This document shows, piece after piece, positions 1 through 11,957 of a stretch of DNA of 64,000 nt; the stretch's first letter is position 1; each line of letters starts with the position of its first letter. Below the pieces are notes generated by a model. That model was not told the origin of the DNA. It was given only the letters and a program-made list of their open reading frames with translations, and did not search any database. Position numbers and translations under genes: made by a program. The DNA comes from Eledone cirrhosa (lineage: Eukaryota): assembly GCA_964016885.1 (NCBI GenBank), contig OZ024741.1, positions 391,282,001 to 391,346,000 on the forward strand, in the 5' to 3' direction.

Positions 1-164
1 TAAAGTTGTAGAATTTCAAACATCCCCCACCTGTCAACTGAGTCGAAGGCTTTTGAAAAATCAACAAAGATGAGTGCAAGGTCTAGATTGCGGTTTTGGG
101 ACTCCTCTATAAGACGGCGAAGGCAGAGAATCTGGCTAAGTGTTGATCTACCTCTCCTAAATCC
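1..164 (-). mobile_element. RTE-clade LINE reverse transcriptase fragment, 5'-truncated at a TA tract and running off the window
   Basis: The minus strand translates as GFRRGRSTLSQILCLRRLIEESQNRNLDLALIFVDFSKAFDSVDR, which contains the non-LTR RT motifs GFR..RST and FVDFSKAFD. Confidence 0.85.
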
Positions 165-342
165 ATATATATATATGTGTATGTATGCATGTGTGCATAT
201 ATATATGTGTGCATGTATGTATATATACATACTACTGTACGCCTGTATACATATGTGTATGTACGTATACATACATACGTACTTACATTTAAGTAAGTGC
301 CGTACTAAGAGTGAGAAATGAAATTTCGTTTCATTCTATTCC

Positions 343-404
<62 letters not shown>

Positions 405-436
405 AGATCAAAAGATGGTTAAAGGAGTTCCATGTA

Positions 437-503
437 TTTTATTATGCGCATTTCAAAAACAAACATCATCATGCAATAATATTTGTGTTTTCATCAGATA
501 AAA
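437..503 (-). ncRNA. Type I hammerhead ribozyme in a ~165-bp island (400-563) between (TA)n tracts
   Basis: ttttat-CTGATGA-aaacacaaat...atgtttgttttt-GAAA-tgcgca-TA-ataaaa: 6-bp stem I, paired stem II and palindromic stem III. Confidence 0.85.
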
Positions 504-558
504 CAGGAGAACATGATATGAAGGCTAAAAAACACTTGTGGATAGTGCAGTTTTAAAT

Positions 559-606
<48 letters not shown>

Positions 607-610
<4 letters not shown>

Positions 611-1623
611 ATAGGGAGAAAAAGACGATTATTAGGAAGAAAAATATATTTCTTTCCTTTAATTTTTTTCTCTTTTTTCTGGGTTAGAAAATGTTTAAAA
701 CAAAATATTTTACTTTGTGTGAAGTGTTAAGTTATTAGTTAATTTATTTATTAATTAACAATGGCATTTATTTATTTATTTATATATTTAATAATTGTCT
801 ATTGCCGCTTTCAGCATTTTATGCATTATGAAAGGGGGGAATTTGTATTGGTGTAAAATGTTGGTGATGTTGAACATGTTAAGGAAATGGGGAAGAAAGA
901 ATAATATTATTTACAAACAAGGTTTTTGAAGTGAAAAGAAAAAAAGAAAAAAAAGGGGGTGATGTGGAACATGATAAGTTAATGGGAAAGAAAAAAGAAT
1001 ATTATTTACAGGCATAGTTCTTGAGGATAAGCAGTTCAAAATATGTTATTATGGCAAGAGCGCTTAGTTGATCCATGATGGAGGCAAATGGTAGTCTGGA
1101 GTTTGATATGATTTCCCTTTTTAGAGAGTTAATATGCAGGGGGAGGTAATTCAGGGTGGTCAGGTAGGGGAGAGAGAAATGAGAGGGGGTTATTCATTTA
1201 TATACGAAAAAGGATTAGGTAGGGTGTAAGGGAGGTAACTCTTTAGAGAACATAGGAATTTGGTTTTGGTTCATTGTTCATTCCAGTTTTAGTTTAGTCC
1301 GAAGTTTAGTCCATTAAGTAGAGGTTGGAATTTGTTAATGAAGTACGTTTCCTTATTGGTACGTTGGATGAAAGAAGCGTTGTCTATGAATTTGTAAATG
1401 GGAAAAATTTTAAAGTTTGGATGTTGGTTAGGTGTACAATTGCACTAAAAGCAATCTTTCTGTATTTCTGTATTTTGATTTGTGATATATGGACGGTCAT
1501 ACGTTGTCGGAAGTTGTTTTTTGTCTGTCCTATGTCTTGACAACCTGAGCAGGTCAAAACATAAATTAGGTTTTCAGATGCACATGTAAAGTTGTGTTTA
1601 ACTGTGAAATATTGTCCTTGTTG

Positions 1624-1625
<2 letters not shown>
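607..1625 (-). mobile_element. Penelope-like element 3' fragment with a decayed GIY-YIG domain
   Basis: Translation [44 protein letters not shown] is close to the ORF at 52745-53896. The 3' tail (607-690) recurs inverted at about 49350-49436. Confidence 0.8.
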
Positions 1626-1690
<65 letters not shown>

Positions 1691-1900
1691 TTCGTTTCTG
1701 AATTTGTTTAGCAAGATTCTTTATCTGAAATCGTGTGTTGAAACCGATATTGTTATACTTTGGGAGGGTCATGTTGCCAATAAGAAACGTACGCACCAGT
1801 TGCTTTCACTTCAATTTATTATAATAAATTTATAAATTTATAAATTTATAAATTTCTGGTTGGTTGGTTGGTTCCACAACCAGATAGTTGTTTATATATT

Positions 1901-1943
1901 GTCATAGTTCTTTCGTCACACACTCTGTGACCTCTTCAGTGAC
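1901..1943 (-). ncRNA. Minimal hammerhead ribozyme in the family A pLTR (related copies at 9528-9568 - and 56495-56537 -)
   Basis: gtca-CTGAAGA-g-gtcaca...tgtgac-GAAA-gaac-TA-tgac, on the same strand as the ORF. Confidence 0.75.
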
Positions 1944-2144
1944 TGGGGATTCCTTTCTTTGTTTCTGTGCCTCTCCTTTGTTCTGTCCTACGCCATTTTG
2001 TTTCTGTGTGTGTGTTGTGTGCTCAGTCTGCGCATGCGCCACATCCGGGTGTCTGTGTGTGTTTATGTTCATTTATTTATTTGTTTATTTACATGTTACT
2101 GGTTGGTTGTTTGTTCTATGTGTGTGTGTGTTTTCATTTTGTCC

Positions 2145-4842
2145 TTAATTGTAAGTTGTGATGTTACTGTTCCACTCATATTTTCTATTTAATTTTGGTT
2201 GTAATTCTTTTATGTTTATTGCCTCTGTAATTTGTCTAAACATTGCGTCTTTTCTGTGTGTAGATTCTATTTTTATTTCTGTGTTCTCTAATTTACCCTT
2301 GTGTTCTATTTTAGCATGTTGGTAGAGTACAGATGATTCTTTACTATCTTGAAGGTCTCGCCAGTGTTCATTTATCCGTTCCCCTACACTACGAGCTGTC
2401 TCACCTATGTACACTATATTTTTGTCTCTATATTGTCCTTCAGTACATCTTATGCTATACACTACATTTCTAGTTTTACAGTTAATATGGGGGCTTATTT
2501 TACAGGTTATACATTTCTTATCTATACATGAGGGTCTTTGAAAAGGGTATGTCTTGCTAATAAGTGTTTTTACGGAGGTACCTGGTCTTTCTACTATCTT
2601 AATATTGAGTTTATGTTTATTTAGGGCCCTTCTAAATTTGTAAGCTAATTCACCTCTAGGGGTTGTATCGATGAACATTACACTCTGGTATTTATTGCTA
2701 TCATACCATGAGTTTATTCTATTAGCCTTGTTCCTAGTTCTTTCTATTCTATTCCAAAATTTGCTCCTATACAAGGGGCAGGTCCCATTTATATCATTAT
2801 TTACCATTTTCCCCCATTTGGTTCTGGCTCCTCTATACACTCTGATTTTTTCTCTCTGATTGTAGCCAGAGAACTGCATACGGTGGATGAAGTGTTGTAT
2901 GTGTCTCTCTAGTTCTTCGGGGTTGCACATGCGGGACACGTTTCTCATCACCCGTACCAAATCCGCAATCAGTATGTTGATTTTGGTATGGTCCGAAACG
3001 GCTGAGTTTCGGTGGATCAGATGTTTGGAAGTCATGGTTTTGGCATAATGGGAATGGAGGATTTCTTTTTTGTTATTAATGGTATCTAACCAGAGCTCTG
3101 TGTCTAGTACAGGTAATCGATGGTTGGGGTGTTTACTTGGGTAGTCTATAGTAACTCTAATGCTCTGGTGGATGGAGTTAGCTATTTGCTGGATGCTTTC
3201 CATTGTATTTTTCTCTAGTCCCTGACTGTTCTCTAGTGGGGGTGTCTTAACTACGATGTTTATATCATCAACGTAGCGGGAGTACATTATCAGGGTTAAG
3301 GGGTCTTCTAATTGTTCTTTAAGTTTAAGTTTAAGTCTACTGTCCCACCATACCATGAACAAGTTAGCTATGTCGCCTGCAATGCTAACACCAATGGCTG
3401 CTCCTTCCTGTTGGGCATATTTTTTTTCCATTAAATTTGAACATATGTTCCTTAAGGGTTAGTTTTATGCTGGCCCCTACCGCATGTGCAATCATTTTCT
3501 TCAATTCATCGTGGTTTTCGGGTGTCCGTATGGCTCTGGTCCACCCGTTCCATCTATCTGTGTGGGTTTTCTTGGCCATTGAGGTAATGGTAGGTGGTCT
3601 GCCTCTTGCTGGTCTTGTAGGGCACAGGTTGCTAAGGTCATATGTGTCTAGGTAATTATTACTATAGGTAAGTTTAAGTAGGAGTCCCAGCTCACTGGTA
3701 TCAATCCCACGGAACTCAACATTGCTCTCACTGATCATTTCTACGCATTTCTCCACAGCAAAATCCACGTCAATAGATGGATACAGGGACACAACATCCA
3801 TACTACCTATTATGCAGTTTGTTAGGTACCTAGATCGGTTACTCACGCCGATTCTGCTGAGGAGGTCCTCCGTGCTGTCACATACATCTGGGGACATTTC
3901 AATGATGGGGCGTATGATCAGGGAGAGGAAGTAGGACAGTCTGTAGTTACTAGCAATGTTAGCTCCACAGACTGGCCGTGTTGGTGGTCCTGCGACAGGG
4001 TCACTGCCCGTTTTATGGTCTTTTCGAAGCCCATACAACGCCGGCACGTCATTGTTCCAGGCCTGGAAGTTGTTGGCAGTCCTTTTGTTGGGCTGCATTA
4101 TATTCGTCCACATCACCATATGGGCATTGAGGGCTTTTTCTCTATCCTCATGCTCCTGTGGTGTTACCTCTCTTGTGTTAGTGATGTGGGGTTGCATTGC
4201 CTGGATGTAGTTTGGCAGGCTGTCAACCGACATTCTGCCAGACTTGTCTGTTGGAAAGCATGCTATCTCTCCATTACGTGAGCGCTGCGTGAGCTTACGC
4301 AAGCCATTTGCAGATTCTTCTCCCAGTTGCTGGGCCTCCATTCTATTATGCTTCTTGCTATACTGTTCTATAATATTTCTAAGTTTGGATCTAGCTATAC
4401 TAAATTGTGCTTCTGTTTGTTCATCGACCTGCGACGGCAATTGCGTGCGTTTGTTAAATGGTAAAGTCGTGGCGTGGACTCGTCGCAGGTCGAACGATTT
4501 ATCGGAGGGATTATAAAAAGTAGAGTTCCAGGCTGCTGCTTTATGTGTACTAGTGCTATTGTTATTGTTAGTTGTGTTGTTTCTATTTCTATTTCCACCA
4601 ACAGCCTCATGGTTGTTTCTATGTCTCTTATAATTACTCCTGTCTCTTTCCACTGGCTCATTGTTGTTATATACCCTATTTTGTGTGTCTGTGTGTTCGT
4701 CTTGGTTATTTTCTTTGTCCTTAGTCTCCCTTCTCCTTTTAATCCTATTACTTTCCCTTATTTCTGTGATTTCTGTGCTACTGTCATTACTTGTTTTCTG
4801 TGTCTGTGTGTTTGTTAAGATTGTGGTGGTGGTGAGAGGCAT
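2145..4842 (-). pseudogene. PLE RT-GIY-YIG polyprotein split by a single-base frameshift at the T8 run 3420-3427
   Basis: Removing one A from the run gives the continuous reading FKFNGKKYAQQEGAAIG and joins ORFs 3385-4989 and 2145-3431. The start codon is uncertain. Confidence 0.85.
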
Positions 4843-4951
4843 TGAATGTGTGTGTGCTGTTGTTGTTGATGTGTGCTGTTGTTGATGTGTGTTGTTGTTG
4901 TCTCCGTGTGTGTTATTATTGTTGTGTGTGTTGTTATTGGTAATATATATA

Positions 4952-6168
4952 TTGGTAAACGGAAAAGAAAATGCTGACAAATTGTTCACAGTGAAAAATA
5001 GTTTAATTAGGAATAAGTGAGAATTAGTAATAGTATTGGTTAGTATTCAGTTTTGGTTTTAAGTTTTACCGGTTGCGCATTTCTAATGCTTTTCAAAAAT
5101 AATTTTGAGATAGAGCGTCCGTGATGTTTGCTCTAATCTGATTAGTTTTGGAAATTCTACCTGTTTTTATGTGAAAAAAGTGGCTCCAGAGGTATTAAAA
5201 TAAGTTTCGCGCCAATTCGTGTTGCAAAAATTCTTGTGGTCAAAACAATTTTGATTGATCGGTAGAGGTCATGTGAATGTTAAAAATTGATTTTGCGCCA
5301 AATGTAGGTTTGTGTCGGCTGATTGAGAAGTCATTGAAAAATAAGTCTTTCAAGACAAATATGTGTGTGTGTGTGTGTGGCAGAGTAATTCGTGGTAGAG
5401 GGATGGTCAGTAGGAATATGTCTGTAAGTGTGTGGGGGATATTTTAACATGTTAGATATTTTTCAGCACTTGTCTTATACGGAGAAGTGTGTGTGTGTGT
5501 GTGTGTGTGTGTATGTCTCTTTGTATGTTAATGTACGCGTGTGTATGTGTGTGTGTAAATATATATGTGTGTGTGTGTATATATGTGTGTGTGTGTGTGT
5601 GTGTGTGAGAATGTGTGTGTGTGTGTGTGTATGGGTGGACCAGTATTTTTGTGATACTGGTAAAATGGTGTATATTATTCGATATTTTCAGTAAAAACGA
5701 TTCTCTCAATTGAACATAAAAAACCTTAATAATAAAAGGTGTGAAATGATATATAGTATTGGCATAATACCAAGGTGTGTGTGAGTGTCCAGATTGTACG
5801 TACTGCAAGGGGAATCCATTAGGCCTTGCCGTATTGGAATACTTGAGTACAAATATGTATGTGCCCATCAGTGTGCAACGCATGTATGCGTTTATGTATG
5901 TGTGTGTGTCGGCACGTTTATATCTATAGACATCAAAAGGTATGCAAATTTGTGTATATTTGTGTTGCACCATAGAACATGTGTGCTTACGTATGTCATT
6001 GTGTTTATATGTGGATAGAGATGTATGCTGATGTAGGTATGTATGTTGACGTGTGTATGTTGTGTGTTCGTCTTAGGGAGAAGTGTTTAGACGGGGTCCG
6101 TATTTGTTAATAAAGTAAGATTCCTTGCTGATGCGCTGGGTGTGGGTGGCATTATCTTTAAATTTGTA
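4952..6168 (-). mobile_element. Penelope-like family B 3' end/pLTR
   Basis: Homologous to 53800-54755, including the end of the ORF ([27 protein letters not shown]). Bounded by TA tracts. Confidence 0.85.
5064..5099 (-). ncRNA. Variant HHR-like motif of family B (copies at 50885-50922 -, 54596-54632 + and 58585-58620 +)
   Basis: ttt-TTGAAAA-gcat-tagaa-atgc-GCAA-ccgg-TA-aaa: U3/A8 core, GCAA in place of GAAA and a weak stem I. Confidence 0.55.
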
Positions 6169-6196
6169 TATATATATATATATATAAATACATATT

Positions 6197-6245
6197 GTTT
6201 CAGAAGATCCCGTCAAGGGTGAAAGCAGCGATTCTTTGCTTAAAC
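6197..6245 (+). ncRNA. HHR-like motif with CAGAAGA core (second locus 13557-13760 is an inverted pair)
   Basis: gttt-CAGAAGA-tccc-gtcaa-gggt-GAAA-gca...tgc-TT-aaac. Confidence 0.6.
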
Positions 6246-6277
6246 TTTAATCTCTTATTTTAATAAATGTATATATA

Positions 6278-6326
<49 letters not shown>

Positions 6327-6330
<4 letters not shown>

Positions 6331-6482
6331 TTCTACAGGACTAGAACTCTTTCATTCTTTAGAAATCATCAGGAATCTGTCCTGTAGAATCTCATCTATA
6401 TTAAAACTTTTATACTCTGCTATGTATTGAGTACCTTACTTACTGTGGTTACCTCCGATTCAACCCGGAATAACTTATCTAT
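6327..6482. mobile_element. Inverted mini-element with an HHR-like motif (about 6335-6375 -); relatives at about 12005-12120 and 32644-32695
   Basis: The inverted arms gagattctacaggac/gtcctgtagaatctc flank CTGATGA-tttct-aa-agaat-GAAA on the minus strand. Flanked by TA tracts. Confidence 0.6.
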
Positions 6483-6710
6483 ATAATATATATATATATA
6501 ATTGGAAATAATCTAATCTATGGCGGTTTGCAAGCAAATTCGGCCTACTTATATGAAATGATGAGTTAGCAAAGCACTCGATAAGTTATGTCCTTAGAGT
6601 AATAACATACGTTTAAATAGCTTGACAAATCGAACATTGTGGTAGGCAAAATCTAACACACAATAATATACCAAAGTAACGATAGAACTAACAGGTTGAG
6701 AAAAATACAC

Positions 6711-6769
<59 letters not shown>

Positions 6770-6819
6770 TGTGTGTGTGTGTACATATACACACACTTAC
6801 ACACACACATATATATATC

Positions 6820-6858
<39 letters not shown>

Positions 6859-6862
<4 letters not shown>

Positions 6863-7153
6863 ATTGGTGCTCTGAAATAGCGATGTATACATGAATGTAT
6901 GTATAGTATATTTGGCAATATACCGTATGTTTAATTAAAAACATTTAGAAGACCATATGATATTGGTTTGAAAGTAGTGACTATGTCACTTCTTTTCGGC
7001 GAAAGAAGGGAGAGGAGCTAACAGTCTGTTTCACGCTGTTTGGTGATCATTAGAGCCACGCACCCTCTGCTTCCGCCGAAAATTATAGAACCTGGATTCT
7101 TATAGAATTCCAATAATAATCAGGAGCTGATTATACAGAGCGATTGCCGATCC
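6859..7153 (-). mobile_element. Diverged relative of the 310-bp unit at 23931-24917, with a degenerate HHR at 7017-7056
   Basis: Shares tgctctgaaatagcgat... and ...gagcg(a/g)ttgccg(a/g)tcc. The minus strand reads gct-CTAATGA...GAAA-cagactg-TT-agc. Confidence 0.6.
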
Positions 7154-7662
7154 ATATATATATATATATATCTTGATTTTATATGTTCTGGCTTGTTAAT
7201 TTATTAACCCGTCATAGAACCACATTGGCATACGGTTGGATAATACTTGTTTCCCTATATGTATTTTTTACACGTAGGAAGTCATACTTTATTATTATTG
7301 ATCCCTCCCTAAGGTAGAGATAAAAGTTTGGCCGTTTGGACTGCTGTTATTTCTAGTGGCAGAACATTGACCTGTCCACCCTGCCTTTTGTCTTTGCACA
7401 CGGCACCAGGCAGAATTATTTCTTTCATCATCCGCTCTCATTTGGGAATGGTTTTGTATGGCGTCAGTTTGTGATTTGAACTCGGGAATTTTATATTCTC
7501 CGAGGGAGAAGAGCCTTCTGAAGATTGCTCCCTTCTCAATGAAAATCCGCTTGGATTTTCAGTTTATTCTGGAGCATGAAACCGCGGTAAAAGCACATAT
7601 AGTAAGTACAGCGAATTTTTTTTAATTTATTTTAAAACTTTTTCTCTATTTGTTAGACCTTG

Positions 7663-7726
<64 letters not shown>

Positions 7727-7729
7727 TTG

Positions 7730-8365
7730 AGACAGTAAACAGAAAACAAAAAAACGTGGAAGCGAGAGTGGGAGTGGGGGGATGACGTTTCGGGTATAAG
7801 CCCTTCATCGGGAGAAAAGTGGGCAGGAAGAGTGTTCCGAGGGTGTGTGGGGGAGTGGTGGGAAGACATTAAAAAAAAATATTTAAAGGGGGGGGGGGTT
7901 AAAGAGTAAAAAAATTAAAAATAAAAAGAAACAACTGGTGAAAGGGTGTGAGGCGTGTGGGGGAGGGGATGTTGGTGTGGGGAGGGCTGAAGATGGTGTG
8001 TGTGTATGTGTAGGTGTACGTGTGTGTGTGTGTGGATGTGAATATGAGAGTTGGGGGAAGAACGAGGTTCCATGTTCGGGTAATAGGGAAACCGGTGAGT
8101 ACATGGTGTGTAAGTCGTTGTGTGTGTGTGGATGGAGAGGGGTCAGAGGGGATGTGAGAGAGGGGGTGTGTGGAGTCCGGAGGCTGAGTGTGTGTGTATG
8201 TGAGGATAATCACGTGTGTGTGTGTGTGTGTGTGAGTGAGAGAGTGTGTGTGTGTGTGTGTGTGTGTGCGCGTGTATGTGCGCGTGCGTGTGTGCGTGTG
8301 CGTGTGCGTGTGTGTGTGTGTGTGTGCGTGCGCGCGTGAGTGTGTGTGTGTGTGTGTGTGTGTGC

Positions 8366-8417
<52 letters not shown>

Positions 8418-8915
8418 CTGGGGGTTTTCCACGTACTCTGAGGCCAGATGGTGGAGATTCTGAATGTGGAAGGATGGATAGCTGGAGCGAAGGACCAGTG
8501 GTGTAAAATCCTGGTATGGTAGTGAGGAAGTGGGGAGTTGTGGGCGTGCGCGCGCAACAGGAAGTGGTCAGAGAGTCAAGGAAGGGCGAAGGAGGTGGGA
8601 GGAAGGAGATAGCAGTAGGGAGATGACAGCAGGCAGTAGTGAGGAGGCTGACAGGTATAGAGAGGTCCAGTGGACAGGGGAGGGGATGGGTAGGTGTGAA
8701 AGCTGGAGGGAAGGGGGTGGCGGTGTGGGGGTGGGGGTTGGTGTGTATATTAGTGGAGGTCTTAGTGGGATGTATGTGTGGGATGTATGTGTGGGGTGGT
8801 GGTAGAGCGGGGAGAGAGAGAGGCAGAGAGAAGGTGTTGGGGTCGGTAGAAGGGTGTGTAGTATACTGGTGTGTGTGCGTGTTTGGATATGAGTGTGTGT
8901 GTGGTAGAGTGGGTA
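7730..8915 (-). mobile_element. Non-coding (CA)n-rich PLE-derived element with an HHR-like motif at 7784-7811
   Basis: The minus strand reads CCGATGA-aggg-cttata-ccc-GAAA-cg-TC, with stem I unpaired. 8500-8700 resembles 50470-50640 and 55880-56050. Confidence 0.55.
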
Positions 8916-9038
8916 TATATATATAAGTTAATAAAAACAATGAATAAAAACAAAGAACAAGTTCCTTATATTAAAAATTCATCATTTTACGATCGTTTCT
9001 AGGATATATATGTGTTGGTATGTATATCATATAGAAAT

Positions 9039-9166
9039 TCATTTCTGAAGACAGCATATATATGTGAAGGTATGTATATTTCCTCTGATAGTTCGTAATA
9101 TTTTTACATAGATCTATATGGTATATATACCAACACATATATATCCTAGAAACGATCGTAAAATGA
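9039..9166 (+). ncRNA. Hammerhead ribozyme with a ~97-nt stem II, inside inverted mini-element 8926-9353
   Basis: tcattt-CTGAAGA-cagcatatatatgtg...cacatatatatccta-GAAA-cgatcg-TA-aaatga. Confidence 0.75.
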
Positions 9167-9357
9167 TGAATTTTTTAATATAAGGAACTTGTTCTTTGTT
9201 TTCATTCATTGTTTTTATTAATTTATCTTGACTCTGTTTTCCTATGATTTTCATCGAAAATCTTTGAATGCATCTTCTCTTTTCATGATATTTGGATTAC
9301 ATTGAGTTCTTCATGCGGATTGGACACAACCGTATATTTTGGTAGATTTATCTACAC

Positions 9358-9904
<547 letters not shown>

Positions 9905-9912
9905 GAGAGAGA

Positions 9913-11470
9913 GAGAAAAATACTGCAGGTCGCACATGGAAACATGTAATAAAATAAGTCCCTCATCAGTGATTTGCCGAAGATCATAGATATTTCATTG
10001 CATTAAAAATCATATATCTCACTTCGGTGCAATAATAACCAAAATAAGTTATTAAGACAATTAAAACGCGTAAAGCGAGTGAGACAGGAGAACAACAGAA
10101 AAATTAGCATACCTTAGGGGAGAAAAAGCTTCAAAAATTATTCGTTTAGCGTAAGCTAGGTGAATATATGAGAGCTGAGAGAGTAGAACCAACACAAACG
10201 AAGGCCATTGAGCAGAGAGAGAAAAAATAGCGTTCGTGAGTGCAGGATGAAATGAAGAGAAGAGGGAGAAAAACAGTGAGTGAGTGAAAGTGTGAGGAAG
10301 AGTTAACGGACAAGACAGAGGGGGAGAAACAGAGAGAATGGGGGAACAGTAAGAGAGAGAGAGAAAAACACAGAATCGCAGTGGTAAATATATGTATTAA
10401 AATATAGAGAAAAATACTGCAGGTCGCACATGGAAACATGTAATAAAATAAGTCCCTCATCAGTGATTTGCCGAAGATCATAGATATTTCATTGCATTAA
10501 AAATCATATATCTCACTTCGGTGCAATAATAACCAAAATAAGTTATTAGGACAATTAAAACGCGTAAAGCGAGTGAGACAGGAGAACAACAGAAAAATTA
10601 GCATACCTTAGGGGAGAAAAAGCTCTTCCTCACACTTTCACTCACTCACTGTTTTTCTCCCTCTTCTCTTCATTTCATCCTACACTCACGAACGCTATTT
10701 TTTCTCTCTCTGCTCAATGGCCTTCGTTTGTGTTGGTTCTATTCTCTCAGCTCTCATATATTCACCTAGCTTACGCTAAACGAATAATTTTTGAAGCTTT
10801 TTCTCCCCTAAGGTATGCTAATTTTTCTGTTGTTCTCCTGTCTCACTCGCTTTACGCGTTTTAATTGTCCTAATAACTTATTTTGGTTATTATTGCACCG
10901 AAGTGAGATATATGATTTTTAATGCAATGAAATATCTATGATCTTCGGCAAATCACTGATGAGGGACTTATTTTATTACATGTTTCCATGTGCGACCTGC
11001 AGTATTTTTCTCTATATTTTAATACATATATTTACCACTGCGATTCTGTGTTTTTCTCTCTCTCTCTTACTGTTCCCCCATTCTCTCTGTTTCTCCCCCT
11101 CTGTCTTGTCCGTTAACTCTTCCTCACACTTTCACTCACTCACTGTTTTTCTCCCTCTTCTCTTCATTTCATCCTGCACTCACGAACGCTATTTTTTCTC
11201 TCTCTGCTCAATGGCCTTCGTTTGTGTTGGTTCTATTCTCTCAGCTCTCGTATATTCACCTAGCTTACGCTAAACGAATAATTTTTGAAGCTTTTTCTCC
11301 TCTAAGGTATGCTAATTTTTCTGTTGTTCTCCTGTCTCACTCGCTTTACGCGTTTTAATTGTCCTAATAACTTATTTTGGTTATTATTGCACCGAAGTGA
11401 GATATATGATTTTTAATGCAATGAAATATCTATGATCTTCGGCAAATCACTGATGAGGGACTTATTTTAT

Positions 11471-11474
<4 letters not shown>
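9913..11474. repeat. Tandem and inverted array of a 494-bp non-coding unit
   Basis: Period of 494 bp (9921 to 10415; 10956 to 11450) with an inversion point at about 10623. Near-identical copies flanked by microsatellites. Confidence 0.9.
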
Positions 11475-11510
<36 letters not shown>

Positions 11511-11550
11511 GATAAAATAAATCAAAGAACGCCTACATACTTATACAATT

Positions 11551-11610
11551 TTTATTCGCTAACAATGTTTCATCCATACCGTGGGGCAGGCATCCTCAGA
11601 GCGTAATAAA
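11551..11610 (-). ncRNA. Hammerhead ribozyme in island 11508-11935
   Basis: tttattacgct-CTGAGGA-tgcctgcc...ggtatggat-GAAA-cattg-TT-agcgaataaa. Confidence 0.75.
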
Positions 11611-11922
11611 TAAAAATATAGTGGTGAGTATAAGCTCTACCAAGCTTAGTCACCAGAACAGGAGGGAAACAGTACAGGATAGCATGAGGGAGATTGGGTA
11701 TGAGAAGGATGGAGAGAATGCGTACTGGGTTTATTAGTCAACATTATATCAAAACATGATAATACAATAATACAGGCAGATTTTCCCACAAGAGACTGAG
11801 GCATGTGAAGGAACACAAAAGCAATCATAAGCACTTAAAGATAATTAAAAAATAATTTTAAGAAAAATAATTTTAAAAATAATTTTAAAAAGTTAAAAAT
11901 AATTAAAAATAATTAAAAGTAA

Positions 11923-11957
<35 letters not shown>

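Larger units (their letters stand above)
1690..4945 (-). mobile_element. Penelope-like element family A (RT + GIY-YIG + 3' pLTR with HHR), probably 5'-truncated
   Basis: Two adjoining ORFs carry GSMDVVSLYPSID, YSRYVDD, LPVLD, a Cys-rich linker (CIDKKCITC...C) and VVYSIRC...YIGETAR. An HHR lies in the 3' UTR and the element ends at (TA)n. Confidence 0.9.

Noticed and set aside
3420-3427. Programmed ribosomal frameshift
   Set aside because: It would need a +1 shift in the middle of the RT, and PLEs normally have a single ORF. A homopolymer indel is the simpler explanation.
4843-4989. Annotated start of ORF 3385-4989
   Set aside because: It begins at a non-ATG codon inside the neighbouring family B pLTR.
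7518-7558. CTGAAGA...GAAA-atcc/ggat-TT motif
   Set aside because: Stem III forms but stem I does not pair, and there is only one copy, so it was not counted as an HHR.
10146-11273. Duplicated 111-aa ORF in the 494-bp unit
   Set aside because: It is a low-complexity CT-rich translation with no motif, and its conservation only reflects copy identity.
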